From contig CAVUFY010000004.1 of NCBI GenBank assembly GCA_963740905.1, positions 387,735-451,734 of the forward strand: a stretch of DNA of 64,000 nt, in the 5' to 3' direction. This DNA is from an uncultured delta proteobacterium. GTDB taxonomy: Bacteria > Desulfobacterota > DSM-4660 > Desulfatiglandales > HGW-15. Position numbers and translations under genes: made by a program. Below the pieces are notes generated by a model. That model did not search any database and was not told the origin of the DNA. It was given only the letters and a program-made list of their open reading frames with translations. Below are positions 18,071-27,134 of this stretch, piece after piece. Within the stretch, counting starts at the first letter, position 1; every line of letters starts with the position of its first letter.

Positions 18071-19504
18071 ATGAACACGATCAAGAGCAGGATCATCGTT
18101 TTCTTTATTCTGTGCCTGATATTTTTCAGCGTCTTAACTTTTCTGTACTACGATAACATATTTGTCCTTGAGAACAAGGTGCTCATCACAGAAAAATTCC
18201 ACGAAATTCTTGATAACATCCTTGAGTTGAGGCGCTATGAAAAGAACTACGTCTACTACCGGGACGGCGAAGACCGCTATGAAATCGTCTCTTATCTCTA
18301 CAGGACGGAAGACGCCTTGAAGCGGTCTGCGAATGAGATCAGGCCTGCCATCGGCGAGAACGAACTGGGGAAATTCAGGAACAATCTCGCGGATTACAAG
18401 GCAGCGCTAGAGGAGACCATGGCCTTCATGGGAGAAAACGGTGGAGAACAGATCTATCCGGAGGTTCTGAGGTCCAGGGGAAAAGTCCTGGTCGACTCCG
18501 CCCAAGAACTCATAAACCTCAACCGCTCCCGGATCCGGCAGGCCATGCGAAAGACCTTCACCATCCCTGTCGCCTTCGTGGGGATCTTTGTGGTTCTGGC
18601 CGTCTTCATATTCGTTCTCGTGGTCAGGAGTATCCTCAAGCCCTTGGCATTGATCCAGAGGGCGACGGAGCAGGTCGCCAAGGAGACCTTCGCCCCCATT
18701 TCCATTCAGACAGGCAAGAAAGACGAAGTATCCCGACTGATCGTAGCTTTCAACAACATGGCCGAAGAGCTTGAATCGAGACAGATGCAGCTCTTGCAGT
18801 CTCGAAAAATGGCATCCATCGGCACCCTCACGTCAGGTATTGCGCACGAACTCAATAACCCCCTCAACAACATTTCTCTCACTGCTGAGACCCTGATAAT
18901 GAACCACCGGGAGATGCCGGACGAGGAAAAGGAAGAGATGCTGGAGGAGATCATGCATCAGTCGGACAGGGGGAGCCAGGTGGTGAAGAACCTCCTGGAA
19001 TTTTCCAGGAGCGATCGTCCTTTCCTGAGCGCCCTCAGCGTACAGGAGACCATCAAGGGAACCATCAGACTCATCAGGAACCAACTGATGGTGAACGGGA
19101 TCAAGCTGCATGAAGAAATCCAGGACGACATCCCGTTCCTCAGAGGCAAACGCCAGGACTTGGAGCAGGCCTTTCTGAATATCCTGGTGAATTCCATCCA
19201 GGCCATGCCGGAGGGAGGGCGCATTACTATCAGGGCGGGCTTGGGACCGCAGGGTTACATTAGAGTAGATATCGAGGATACGGGAATCGGCATCAAACCG
19301 GAGGATTTGACCCACGTTTTTGACCCCTTTTACACGACCAAGCCCGTTGGTCAAGGCACAGGCCTCGGACTTTCCCTGGCCTACGGTATTGTCAGGAACC
19401 ACGGCGGGTACATCGAAACAAAGAGTCAGGTCAACAAGGGGACCGCCTTTTCCATCTATCTGCCCATTCCTGAGGAGAGGGAGGAGAGAGCCCATGCCCT
19501 TTAG
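18071..19504 (+). CDS. Sensor histidine kinase (TM - sensor - TM - HAMP - HisKA - HATPase)
   Basis: Two TM segments, H-box SGIAHELNNPLNNI, and G-boxes DTGIGI and GTGLGLS. Start at MNTIKSR. Confidence 0.9.
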   Translation: MNTIKSRIIVFFILCLIFFSVLTFLYYDNIFVLENKVLITEKFHEILDNILELRRYEKNYVYYRDGEDRYEIVSYLYRTEDALKRSANEIRPAIGENELGKFRNNLADYKAALEETMAFMGENGGEQIYPEVLRSRGKVLVDSAQELINLNRSRIRQAMRKTFTIPVAFVGIFVVLAVFIFVLVVRSILKPLALIQRATEQVAKETFAPISIQTGKKDEVSRLIVAFNNMAEELESRQMQLLQSRKMASIGTLTSGIAHELNNPLNNISLTAETLIMNHREMPDEEKEEMLEEIMHQSDRGSQVVKNLLEFSRSDRPFLSALSVQETIKGTIRLIRNQLMVNGIKLHEEIQDDIPFLRGKRQDLEQAFLNILVNSIQAMPEGGRITIRAGLGPQGYIRVDIEDTGIGIKPEDLTHVFDPFYTTKPVGQGTGLGLSLAYGIVRNHGGYIETKSQVNKGTAFSIYLPIPEEREERAHAL

Positions 19505-20855
19505 GATCGCCGTTGTTGACGACGAAGCCCCTGTCCGGAGGCACCTTCAGAAGGCTCTCGAAGGAGAAGGATACGAGGTGGAGACCTTCGACTCGGCGCG
19601 ACCCTTTTGGGACCGCATGGGTGAGAAGCCCTTCAACCTGGCCTTTCTGGATGTTAAGCTGCCTGATACCGACGGCATCGAGTTGCTCGCCCGTCTTAAG
19701 GCTCGCTATGAGCACACGGAGGCGATCATCATCACGGGCTACGGCTCGATTGATTCGGCTGTCGAGGCCATCAAGAAGGGCGCCTACCATTACGTGACCA
19801 AACCTTTCAGGCTCACCGAGGTATGTCTTCTCTCAAAGGGAGCCAGGGAAAAGATTGATGTGAGAGAGGAGAACCGTCGCCTGAAAGAGTCCCTGGAGGG
19901 ACCCGAAGTCCTCAAAGGGTTCATCGGTACGACCCCTGCCATGCAGGAGATCTTTGCCATGATTAAGAAGGTGGCCGCGGTCAATTGTAATGTGCTCCTG
20001 CAAGGTGAAAGCGGAACCGGAAAGGAACTGGTAGCAAGATCGATCCATGCCCTCAGTCCCCGGAAGGACCGGCCGTTTGTGTCCTTCAACTGCGGAGGAT
20101 TTACCGAAGAGTTGATCTGCAATGAGTTATTCGGCCACGAGAAGGGCGCCTTCACAGGGGCGACCTTGAGCAAGATCGGCCTCATTGAGTCGGCAGCGGG
20201 GGGCACGGTTTTCCTCGACGAGATTGGGGAAATGCCCCAGTCCATGCAGGTGAGGCTGCTCCACGTGATTCAGGAAAAACGGATCATCCGGGTTGGCGGC
20301 ACCAGACCCATCGATCTGGATATACGCATCATTGCGGCCAGTAACAGGGACATCAAGAAAGCGGCTTTTGAAGGCTATTTCCGAGAGGACCTTTTCTACC
20401 GGTTAAATGTGGTAACCCTTTATCTTCCCCCGCTGGCGGAAAGAAAAGAGGATATCCCCCTTCTGGTTTCCCGCTTCCTGGAAAAGTACAGCAGGCCTTT
20501 CGGCAAAAAGGTGAGGCGCATATCAGCTCAGGCACTTGAAATCCTGATGCACTACAATTTTCCCGGCAACGTGAGAGAACTGGAAAATATCACCCAACGG
20601 GCGGTAGCTCTTGCGGAGGGCGAAGTAATCCGGCCAAGAGACCTCCCCGCCGACCTCCAGGGCCTCGAATTCGACAGCTTCGAAGGAGAGGGGCTGCCTA
20701 CCCTCGAAGAAATGGAAAGGCAGCACATCGCCAGGGTTCTTGAGAAGACAGGGCACAACAAAGGCCTGAGCAGCAAGATCCTCAATCTCCCCCGGACCAC
20801 CCTCTGGAGGAAAATGAAAAAGTACGGCCTCCTCCGAAAGGATGAAACCCCTTAG
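19494..20855 (+). CDS. Sigma-54-dependent response regulator (NtrC family)
   Basis: Receiver domain (VVDDE...DVKLPDTDG...KPF), AAA+ domain with GESGTGKE and the GAFTGA motif, and a C-terminal HTH (LNLPRTTLWRKMKKYGL). It overlaps the kinase stop by 11 nt. Confidence 0.92.
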   Translation: MPFRIAVVDDEAPVRRHLQKALEGEGYEVETFDSARPFWDRMGEKPFNLAFLDVKLPDTDGIELLARLKARYEHTEAIIITGYGSIDSAVEAIKKGAYHYVTKPFRLTEVCLLSKGAREKIDVREENRRLKESLEGPEVLKGFIGTTPAMQEIFAMIKKVAAVNCNVLLQGESGTGKELVARSIHALSPRKDRPFVSFNCGGFTEELICNELFGHEKGAFTGATLSKIGLIESAAGGTVFLDEIGEMPQSMQVRLLHVIQEKRIIRVGGTRPIDLDIRIIAASNRDIKKAAFEGYFREDLFYRLNVVTLYLPPLAERKEDIPLLVSRFLEKYSRPFGKKVRRISAQALEILMHYNFPGNVRELENITQRAVALAEGEVIRPRDLPADLQGLEFDSFEGEGLPTLEEMERQHIARVLEKTGHNKGLSSKILNLPRTTLWRKMKKYGLLRKDETP

Positions 20856-20925
20856 GACTGCAATTTTTCATATTGAAACACCATTTTCCGCCTTGACCTA
20901 TCCGTTCCTGTTTCTTGAACAAATC

Positions 20926-20952
20926 TGAAACAGCTTCGTCCGCAGCGTTTCA
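20926..20952 (+). promoter_or_regulatory. Candidate upstream activator site for the NtrC-type regulator
   Basis: Inverted repeat TGAAAC-N15-GTTTCA about 75-100 nt upstream of the -24/-12 element. Extra TGAAAC half-sites lie at 20874-20879 and nearby. Confidence 0.35.
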
Positions 20953-21023
20953 AAATGAAAAGCTATTTTCTCTCTCTGTTTCCTCCCCTGTCATAACCCA
21001 ATGTTATCTTTAGATTTTTCTCC

Positions 21024-21039
21024 TGGCATGCCTCTTGCC
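21024..21039 (+). promoter_or_regulatory. Sigma-54 (-24/-12) promoter
   Basis: TGGCATgcctcTTGCc matches TGGCAC-N5-TTGCW with correct GG/GC spacing. It ends 25 nt upstream of the first gene of the block and lies directly downstream of an enhancer-binding-protein gene. Confidence 0.65.
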
Positions 21040-21064
21040 TTAATGTTCACGCGAGGAGGCTTCC

Positions 21065-21505
21065 ATGGAGAAGATTCTTGTGGGGGTGACACCGGAGAAT
21101 GATCGCCTATGGGCCGGCATGCACGCCCTCAGCCTGGCGAAAAGGATCGGGGCACAGGTCACCTTTCTCTTGATCTTGGACCCCGCTAGAAACAGCGCAA
21201 AACCCGGAGAAAGGAAAGAGGCGGAGCAGTCCGTCAGGAAAAGCCTGGAATCCATCATTGGTCAGGCTCGTTCCGAGGGGTTGCACGTGGAGTACTACGT
21301 GGCGCACGGCAGCTACGAGAGCGAGCTGATAAGATTCGTCAAGGAAAACAAGATGAGCATGCTCATCATCGATTGGCCGACTTGCGAAAAAGGGGCCGCT
21401 GGAAACGCTAAGGACATTTTGGAAAAGATCCGACATCAGATCGACTGCCGCGTGGAGGTTGTCCAGGAGAGAAGCTCGGATCTTGCGTGCAAAAGGAGAA
21501 GATGA
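21065..21505 (+). CDS. Universal stress protein (Usp)-like protein
   Basis: 146 aa with KILVGV...LLILD...ELIRFVKENKMSMLIID, a Usp-like alpha/beta fold pattern. No clear ATP-binding G-x2-G-x9-G(S/T) motif seen. Confidence 0.65.
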   Translation: MEKILVGVTPENDRLWAGMHALSLAKRIGAQVTFLLILDPARNSAKPGERKEAEQSVRKSLESIIGQARSEGLHVEYYVAHGSYESELIRFVKENKMSMLIIDWPTCEKGAAGNAKDILEKIRHQIDCRVEVVQERSSDLACKRRR

Positions 21506-22425
21506 TGATAGACTTGTACTTACCTATTGCCGGCGAGAGCGTCAATCTCCTTCTGGTGTTTGGCATGGGAGGCCTGGTGGGGGTCCTCTCGGGTATATTC
21601 GGTGTTGGAGGCGGTTTCCTGATGACCCCTTTGCTGATTATGCTGGGGATTCCTCCCACGGTGGCCGCGGCTTCCGATTCCAATCAGATCGTGGGCGCTT
21701 CAACCTCCGCCACCCTCGCCCATTACAAGATGGGCAATGTGGATTTCAAGATGGGCATCTTTCTCCTCATAGGAGGGGTGGCGGGCGGGACTCTGGGCGT
21801 CCAGATTATCAAGATTCTCCGTCAGATGGGAAATGCGGACTTCCTTATCAAGATCACCTATGTATTAATGCTTGGGCTCATAGGAACCTATATGTTTATC
21901 GAAAGCATCCAGGCCATGAGACACAAAGCCGTCAGGGAATCCGGCCCAAGGAAGGAGTCCAGGTACAGCCTTCTGGTGAACCGGCTTCCCTGGCAGATTG
22001 ATTTTGAGAAATCAGGGGTGAGGCGATCCATCCTTATGCCCCTCGGCCTCGGGATCTTTGTGGGCGTCATGGCTGCAATCATGGGGGTGGGCGGAGGATT
22101 TATCATGGTTCCCGTCATGGTGTATCTGCTGAGGATGCCCATGCATGTCGTGGTGGGGACCAGCCTTTTTCAGATTCTCTTCACCTGCATCAATGTCACT
22201 GTCATGCAAGCTTTAACCAACCACACCGTCGACTTCATCCTGGCGGTCATTCTTCTGGCAGGCTCCACCTCAGGGGCCCAGGTGGGCGCCCGATTGAGCA
22301 GGAGGCTGAAAGGCGAGCAACTGAAGATCCTCTTGGCATCTCTCGTTCTTCTCGTCATGCTCAAGATGCTGTTCGACCTTCTATTGCCCCCCGGAGTCCT
22401 GTTCTCAAGAATGGGAGGTCATTAA
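21502..22425 (+). CDS. TauE/SafE (TSUP) family anion permease
   Basis: GMGGLVGVLSGIFGVGGGFLMTPLLI and the second-half repeat IMGVGGGFIMVPVMVYLL are hallmark TSUP repeats. ATGA overlaps the upstream stop. Confidence 0.85.
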   Translation: MMIDLYLPIAGESVNLLLVFGMGGLVGVLSGIFGVGGGFLMTPLLIMLGIPPTVAAASDSNQIVGASTSATLAHYKMGNVDFKMGIFLLIGGVAGGTLGVQIIKILRQMGNADFLIKITYVLMLGLIGTYMFIESIQAMRHKAVRESGPRKESRYSLLVNRLPWQIDFEKSGVRRSILMPLGLGIFVGVMAAIMGVGGGFIMVPVMVYLLRMPMHVVVGTSLFQILFTCINVTVMQALTNHTVDFILAVILLAGSTSGAQVGARLSRRLKGEQLKILLASLVLLVMLKMLFDLLLPPGVLFSRMGGH

Positions 22426-22429
22426 ATTG

Positions 22430-23218
22430 ATGAAACGCCTTTCAGCAGTTCTCGTCCTATTGGTGACTGGTTTGTGGGCCTGCGCTCATGCCGCCCAGGC
22501 GTCAACTTCGGTGGAAGCTTACATGGAGCCCAGTGTTGTTTCCATCGGCGCCTTTTTCAACGGCGCCCGGATCACCGTTAAGGGGAAGGCTCCGGCGTCC
22601 AACGAGGTAATGATCACCGTGACCGGGAAGACGGAAGACCTGGAGCTCAACAAGAAGGGGCGCGCCTTCGGCCTTCTATGGATGAACGTCGGCACCATGA
22701 CCTTCCATCAGGTCCCCAGCGTGTATTTGTTTTACACATCAATGCCGCTCAATCCCTCTGCCCAGGCCTATCCCGAGTGGTGGCGTCAGATGCCGGGAGG
22801 ATTCGAATCCCTCGAAAAGAAAACTCAGATCACACCTGCCTCTGGAAAGGATGCCGGGGCTCTGTTCAAGGAATTCCTGAAGCTGAAGAAACAGGAAGGG
22901 CTTTACGCCCTTCACGGGGGTGAGATTCGATACGGCCGGGAAAAGGACAAAGAAAAATCCTATGAGGCTACGCTCTGTATTCCCGCCAAAATACCCCCAG
23001 GACGATACGAGGTGACGGTGTCCGCTCTCAACGGCGCATCCGTCGTGGGCTCCGCATCCGAGTATCTGACGGTTAAAGAGGTGGGCATGCCTGCTTATCT
23101 CTCGTCTTTTTCTCTGCACCATGGCCTCCTGTACGGTGTTCTCGCGGTCTTGATCGCTGTGGGAACAGGACTGCTCATGGACACGCTTTTTGGAAGCAAG
23201 AGGCCGCATTCCCATTAA
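22430..23218 (+). CDS. Secreted/membrane-anchored protein of unknown function (signal peptide + C-terminal TM; TIGR02186/Alph_Pro_TM-like from memory)
   Basis: MKRLSAVLVLLVTGLWACAHA signal peptide and C-terminal TM helix (LLYGVLAVLIAVGTGLLM). I recall this family being paired with TauE-like permeases. Confidence 0.5.
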   Translation: MKRLSAVLVLLVTGLWACAHAAQASTSVEAYMEPSVVSIGAFFNGARITVKGKAPASNEVMITVTGKTEDLELNKKGRAFGLLWMNVGTMTFHQVPSVYLFYTSMPLNPSAQAYPEWWRQMPGGFESLEKKTQITPASGKDAGALFKEFLKLKKQEGLYALHGGEIRYGREKDKEKSYEATLCIPAKIPPGRYEVTVSALNGASVVGSASEYLTVKEVGMPAYLSSFSLHHGLLYGVLAVLIAVGTGLLMDTLFGSKRPHSH

Positions 23219-23246
23219 GAAAGGGATCGCCTCGGAGGGACAGCCT

Positions 23247-25829
23247 GTGAGCGCATTTTCGGAACGGATCAGAGGGTTATTCGGGAAAAGGAGGGACCGC
23301 CCGGTCATGTTCCCCGCCCTTTTCACTCTGTTCCAGGAGGTTCTGGGCCTGAATAACGAGATCCTGGACACCATCGCCGATCTGGGCACCAAGCTGGGAG
23401 GAAATTATGTCTTTGACCAGCAGTACATTCGCTCCACATGTGCGCTCCTGGCCGACAAAGTCTACAGGATCATCAACAACCTGAATGCCATGACCGGCAA
23501 CAGACACATGGCTCTTTACGACACCTTTCAGCGTATCAACCATGAAATCACTGAAGAGCTGGAAGGAAGGCCCGTCATCGCCCAGACAGATTACACGATA
23601 CCCTACGAAGCGATAGGCACAGATCTTGTGGACGTGGTGGGCGCCAAGAACGCTACCCTGGCCGAAGTGGAGAACCTGCTCGGGCTCAAAGGTCCGGAAG
23701 GTTTTGCTATTACCGCTCGGGCCTTTCAGGCATTCTTGGAGCACAAGGATCTTGCAAAGAAGATCGCCTCTGTGACTTCACGGTGGGAAAAGGGGCACAT
23801 CATAAGCCGGGAGGCAGAGGAGATGATACGGGCCTTGATTAAAGCGGCCGAGGTGCCGGTCCCCTTGCAGAAGGCCCTTCGCAGGGCCACGGAAGCGCTT
23901 CGTGATAAAACGCAGGGCAACGAGGAGAAGCTCGCCTTTCGGAGCAGCGCCCTGAATGAGGACGGTGAACACTCTTTCGCCGGTCAATACATGAGCCTTC
24001 TCAATGAGGCGGCGGAAAAAATCATCGACTGCTACAAATCCGTGCTGGCAAGCACCTATTCCGCTTCCGCCATGGAGTACAGGCGCCAAAAGGGGTTTCT
24101 TGAAAGCGAAGTGGCCATGGCTGTCGGATGCCAGCGCATGGTTGCGGCAAAGGCGAGCGGAACTCTCTACACCCTTGATCCCCGTTCCCCTGAAGATGAG
24201 GTGATGGTCATTACGGCCACCTGGGGGTTGGGCGCCCCCCTGGTGGGAGGGACCGCGAAAGCAGACCTTTATGCGGTCACACGTGAGCCCTCCCACGAAA
24301 TCGTGCGCCTTGACATCGTGCGTAAAACGGAAAGACTCATGCCTAAGCAGGAGGGCGGAGTAGAGTTTCTCCCCGTTCCCGAGGAGCTTCAGAGCGTGAG
24401 TTGCCTTTCCGGCGATCAAGCAAGGCGTCTGGCTGATGCAGGGCTCCTCATCGAAAGGCATTTCAAAAAGCCCCAGGATGTCGAGTGGGCTCTTGACGAC
24501 CGCGACAGGCTCTTCATCCTGCAGACACGACCACTCAACATCCGGGCGAAAGTGGCCCAGATGGTCTGTGACATCTCGTCAGTGCTCCGGAACTATACGG
24601 TCCTCTTTGAGGGCAGAGGTTTCGTTGCCCAGGAAGGGATCGGGGCAGGAAAGGTTTTCATCGCCGACACGGATGAAGACCTGGATGTCTTTCCGGAAGG
24701 AGCCGTCCTGGTCACAAGGTATGCCTCTCCGCGGGTCGGAAGGGTCATCAAGAAGGCGAACGCAGTTCTCACTGACGTGGGATCTCCTACCGGACACATG
24801 GCTACCATCGCGCGGGAGTTCCGCGTCCCTGCCCTCGTCAATACGGAAGTGGCAACGGAACTACTCCGACCGGGCCAGGTCATCACAGTAGATGCCAGGC
24901 AGAACGTGGTGTACTCAGGCACGGTCAAAGAGCTTTGTCTCTATGAGTTCGCAGGGGAAGCCTTCGAAGAGATGTGGGAATATCGTCTCTTACGACGAGT
25001 TCTGAAAAGAATCGCGCCGCTGAACCTGATCGACCCCGCCGACAAAGATTTCTTGCCTTCCGCCTGCAAGACCTTCCACGACATTACGCGCTTCGTCCAC
25101 GAAAAAGCGGTGGAGGAACTGATCGACCTGAGATACTCCCATGCCTCTGAAGAGGCCATGGCGGGCCGGAAGAAGCTCAAGTTCGACGTCCCCCTTTCCT
25201 TGGTTCTGATCGATATCGGCGACGGCCTTAATCAATCGAGCGGCTTGACCGTAGAACCCAAAGACGTGGCCTCGGTGCCCATGCAGGCCTTTCTGCGCGG
25301 TCTGTCCGAGCCGGGAGCCTGGAGTACCCGGCCCCTGTCAGTGGATTTCACGAGCTTCATGTCAAGCCTGACGCGCACGCTGTCACTTGCAGGAACAGGG
25401 CCCAAGTACGTGGGGCAGAATCTTGCAATCATATCCAAAGAGTATGCGAACATTACCCTTCGGCTGGGTTACCACTTCAACATGATTGACGCCTATATCA
25501 GCGAGCAGTCCAACAGCAACTATGCTTATTTCCGCTTTCTCGGAGGAGTAACGGAGATGGTCCGCAGGTCCCGCAGGGCGCGGCTTCTCGCCGATATTCT
25601 TTTGCAGAAAGACTTTCGCGTGGATGTGCGGGGGGACCTGGTTGTGGCTAGGATCAAGAAATTGCCGAAGGAGAGAATGGAAGATAAGATGCGTCTTCTC
25701 GGTTCCTTGGTCGCCTTTACCCGCCAGCTCGACGTAAGGATGATCAGCGACGAGGAGATCCCCAGGGTCAGGGAAGAGTTCAACGAACTGAAAGAGACCG
25801 AGCAGGGTCACCACAACCTAACGGTATGA
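23247..25829 (+). CDS. PEP-utilising-enzyme family protein: ATP-grasp (PPDK_N) + swivelling His domain + non-canonical C-terminal domain
   Basis: PPDK_N-type region (VGAKNATLAEV...FRSSALNEDGEHSFAGQY...DVEWALD..LFILQTRP) and mobile domain TDVGSPTGHMATIAREFRVPALV. The C-terminal ~300 aa lack PpsA TIM-barrel motifs. Start set at GTG 23247 after GGAGGG. Confidence 0.85.
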   Translation: MSAFSERIRGLFGKRRDRPVMFPALFTLFQEVLGLNNEILDTIADLGTKLGGNYVFDQQYIRSTCALLADKVYRIINNLNAMTGNRHMALYDTFQRINHEITEELEGRPVIAQTDYTIPYEAIGTDLVDVVGAKNATLAEVENLLGLKGPEGFAITARAFQAFLEHKDLAKKIASVTSRWEKGHIISREAEEMIRALIKAAEVPVPLQKALRRATEALRDKTQGNEEKLAFRSSALNEDGEHSFAGQYMSLLNEAAEKIIDCYKSVLASTYSASAMEYRRQKGFLESEVAMAVGCQRMVAAKASGTLYTLDPRSPEDEVMVITATWGLGAPLVGGTAKADLYAVTREPSHEIVRLDIVRKTERLMPKQEGGVEFLPVPEELQSVSCLSGDQARRLADAGLLIERHFKKPQDVEWALDDRDRLFILQTRPLNIRAKVAQMVCDISSVLRNYTVLFEGRGFVAQEGIGAGKVFIADTDEDLDVFPEGAVLVTRYASPRVGRVIKKANAVLTDVGSPTGHMATIAREFRVPALVNTEVATELLRPGQVITVDARQNVVYSGTVKELCLYEFAGEAFEEMWEYRLLRRVLKRIAPLNLIDPADKDFLPSACKTFHDITRFVHEKAVEELIDLRYSHASEEAMAGRKKLKFDVPLSLVLIDIGDGLNQSSGLTVEPKDVASVPMQAFLRGLSEPGAWSTRPLSVDFTSFMSSLTRTLSLAGTGPKYVGQNLAIISKEYANITLRLGYHFNMIDAYISEQSNSNYAYFRFLGGVTEMVRRSRRARLLADILLQKDFRVDVRGDLVVARIKKLPKERMEDKMRLLGSLVAFTRQLDVRMISDEEIPRVREEFNELKETEQGHHNLTV

Positions 25830-25836
25830 GGACATC

Positions 25837-26235
25837 ATGAATGAGAACAAGAAGACGAGCGTTCTTATCCTGGACGATGAAACGATCGTGATCAAGCGAC
25901 TGAAGCCGGCCCTGGAGAAGACGGGCTATGAAGTGGAGGCCTTTTCCCAAAGTGCGGAAGCCTCAAGGCGTATCATGGAAAAGGACTTCGATATCGTCAT
26001 TACCGATCTCAAGATGGAAGGGCTTGACGGTATGCAATTCCTGACTCAGGTTAAGGAACGCTCCCCGTCCACGGAGGTCATTGTCATCACAGGCTTTGCC
26101 ACCATGGAGACGGCCAAGGAGTCCTTCCAGAAGGGAGTGTTCGATTTTCTGGCAAAGCCTTTCAAAATCGCAGAGATCCAAGAGGTCTTGAAAAGGGCGG
26201 AATTAAAAATAGGAGAGAGAAAATCGGTCCGGTAG
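25837..26235 (+). CDS. Single-domain response regulator (CheY-like receiver)
   Basis: VLILDDE...DIVITDLKMEGLDG...VIVITG...KPF, 132 aa, with no output domain. Confidence 0.9.
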   Translation: MNENKKTSVLILDDETIVIKRLKPALEKTGYEVEAFSQSAEASRRIMEKDFDIVITDLKMEGLDGMQFLTQVKERSPSTEVIVITGFATMETAKESFQKGVFDFLAKPFKIAEIQEVLKRAELKIGERKSVR

Positions 26236-26298
26236 AGGCGCCCGTTCGATCGGGGACCGCCCTCCACCGGCTCGGCAAAGAAGGAGTGGACAAGTACC

Positions 26299-27123
26299 AT
26301 GATTAGAGCTCTCGTTTCTCTGGACGTGGATCTGGCATCAAGCATCGCCCTAAGATATGCTTGCCAGATGGCTAAGATTGTCGAGATGGAGCTCCAACCT
26401 ATCCACGTTGAGGAGCCCGGGCGTGAGGGGCGCGTCCTCGGAACGGGCTGGGTCGAGCGAACATGGGAGAAAACCCTGCTCAAAACCGGACTGGAAGAGA
26501 TTAACCGGCTGATCATGACAGAAAGAGGCTCGTGTCCGGCCATCTTCCCTCCCAAAATCTCTGTCGGAAATCCTCAGAACGAGATCCTCCGTGAACTCAA
26601 AGAAGAACCCTATGACCTGCTTGTAAAAGGCGAGTTGTACGCATTCACTTCAGCCGGGTTTCACGAAAAGGTCCACTCCCGTCTCTTCCGCTATGCCCCC
26701 TGTCCCATCATGGTAGTCAACAACCTCGTTCATCTTCAGAAGGTGAGCCTTCTTCTGGAAGAAGGGACCGAAATCCAGCCCCTGATCGGAACTTTCCTAA
26801 AGCTGTTCGGTGCGACAGACGTTGATGCCGACCTGCTCTATTGCAGGTTTCGGCCTTCCGCCAGGCAAGGTACCCGCCAGGATGAGAAGCCTGATACGAT
26901 CATTCGCGCCGCAGAGGAAATGTTTTCCCGGCAAGGTCGTAGGCTGGGAAAAACCGAGGTCAGAGAGGAGGCGCCCGAGAAGCTGGGGGATCTCATGCGG
27001 GATTACGGTCTTGTCATGACTTCCATCCACCATGATCGAGGCCGGAAGAATCCGATGGCGGAGTTGTTGAGCCATACGCCGTCTCCCATCCTGCTGCTTA
27101 TCCGGCAGGGTGCAAACAGATAA
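26299..27123 (+). CDS. Tandem universal-stress-protein-like protein
   Basis: 274 aa with two Usp-like halves (...YDLLVKGE...CPIMVV... and ...SPILLL). Confidence 0.6.
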   Translation: MIRALVSLDVDLASSIALRYACQMAKIVEMELQPIHVEEPGREGRVLGTGWVERTWEKTLLKTGLEEINRLIMTERGSCPAIFPPKISVGNPQNEILRELKEEPYDLLVKGELYAFTSAGFHEKVHSRLFRYAPCPIMVVNNLVHLQKVSLLLEEGTEIQPLIGTFLKLFGATDVDADLLYCRFRPSARQGTRQDEKPDTIIRAAEEMFSRQGRRLGKTEVREEAPEKLGDLMRDYGLVMTSIHHDRGRKNPMAELLSHTPSPILLLIRQGANR

Positions 27124-27134
27124 AGGAGGATGGA

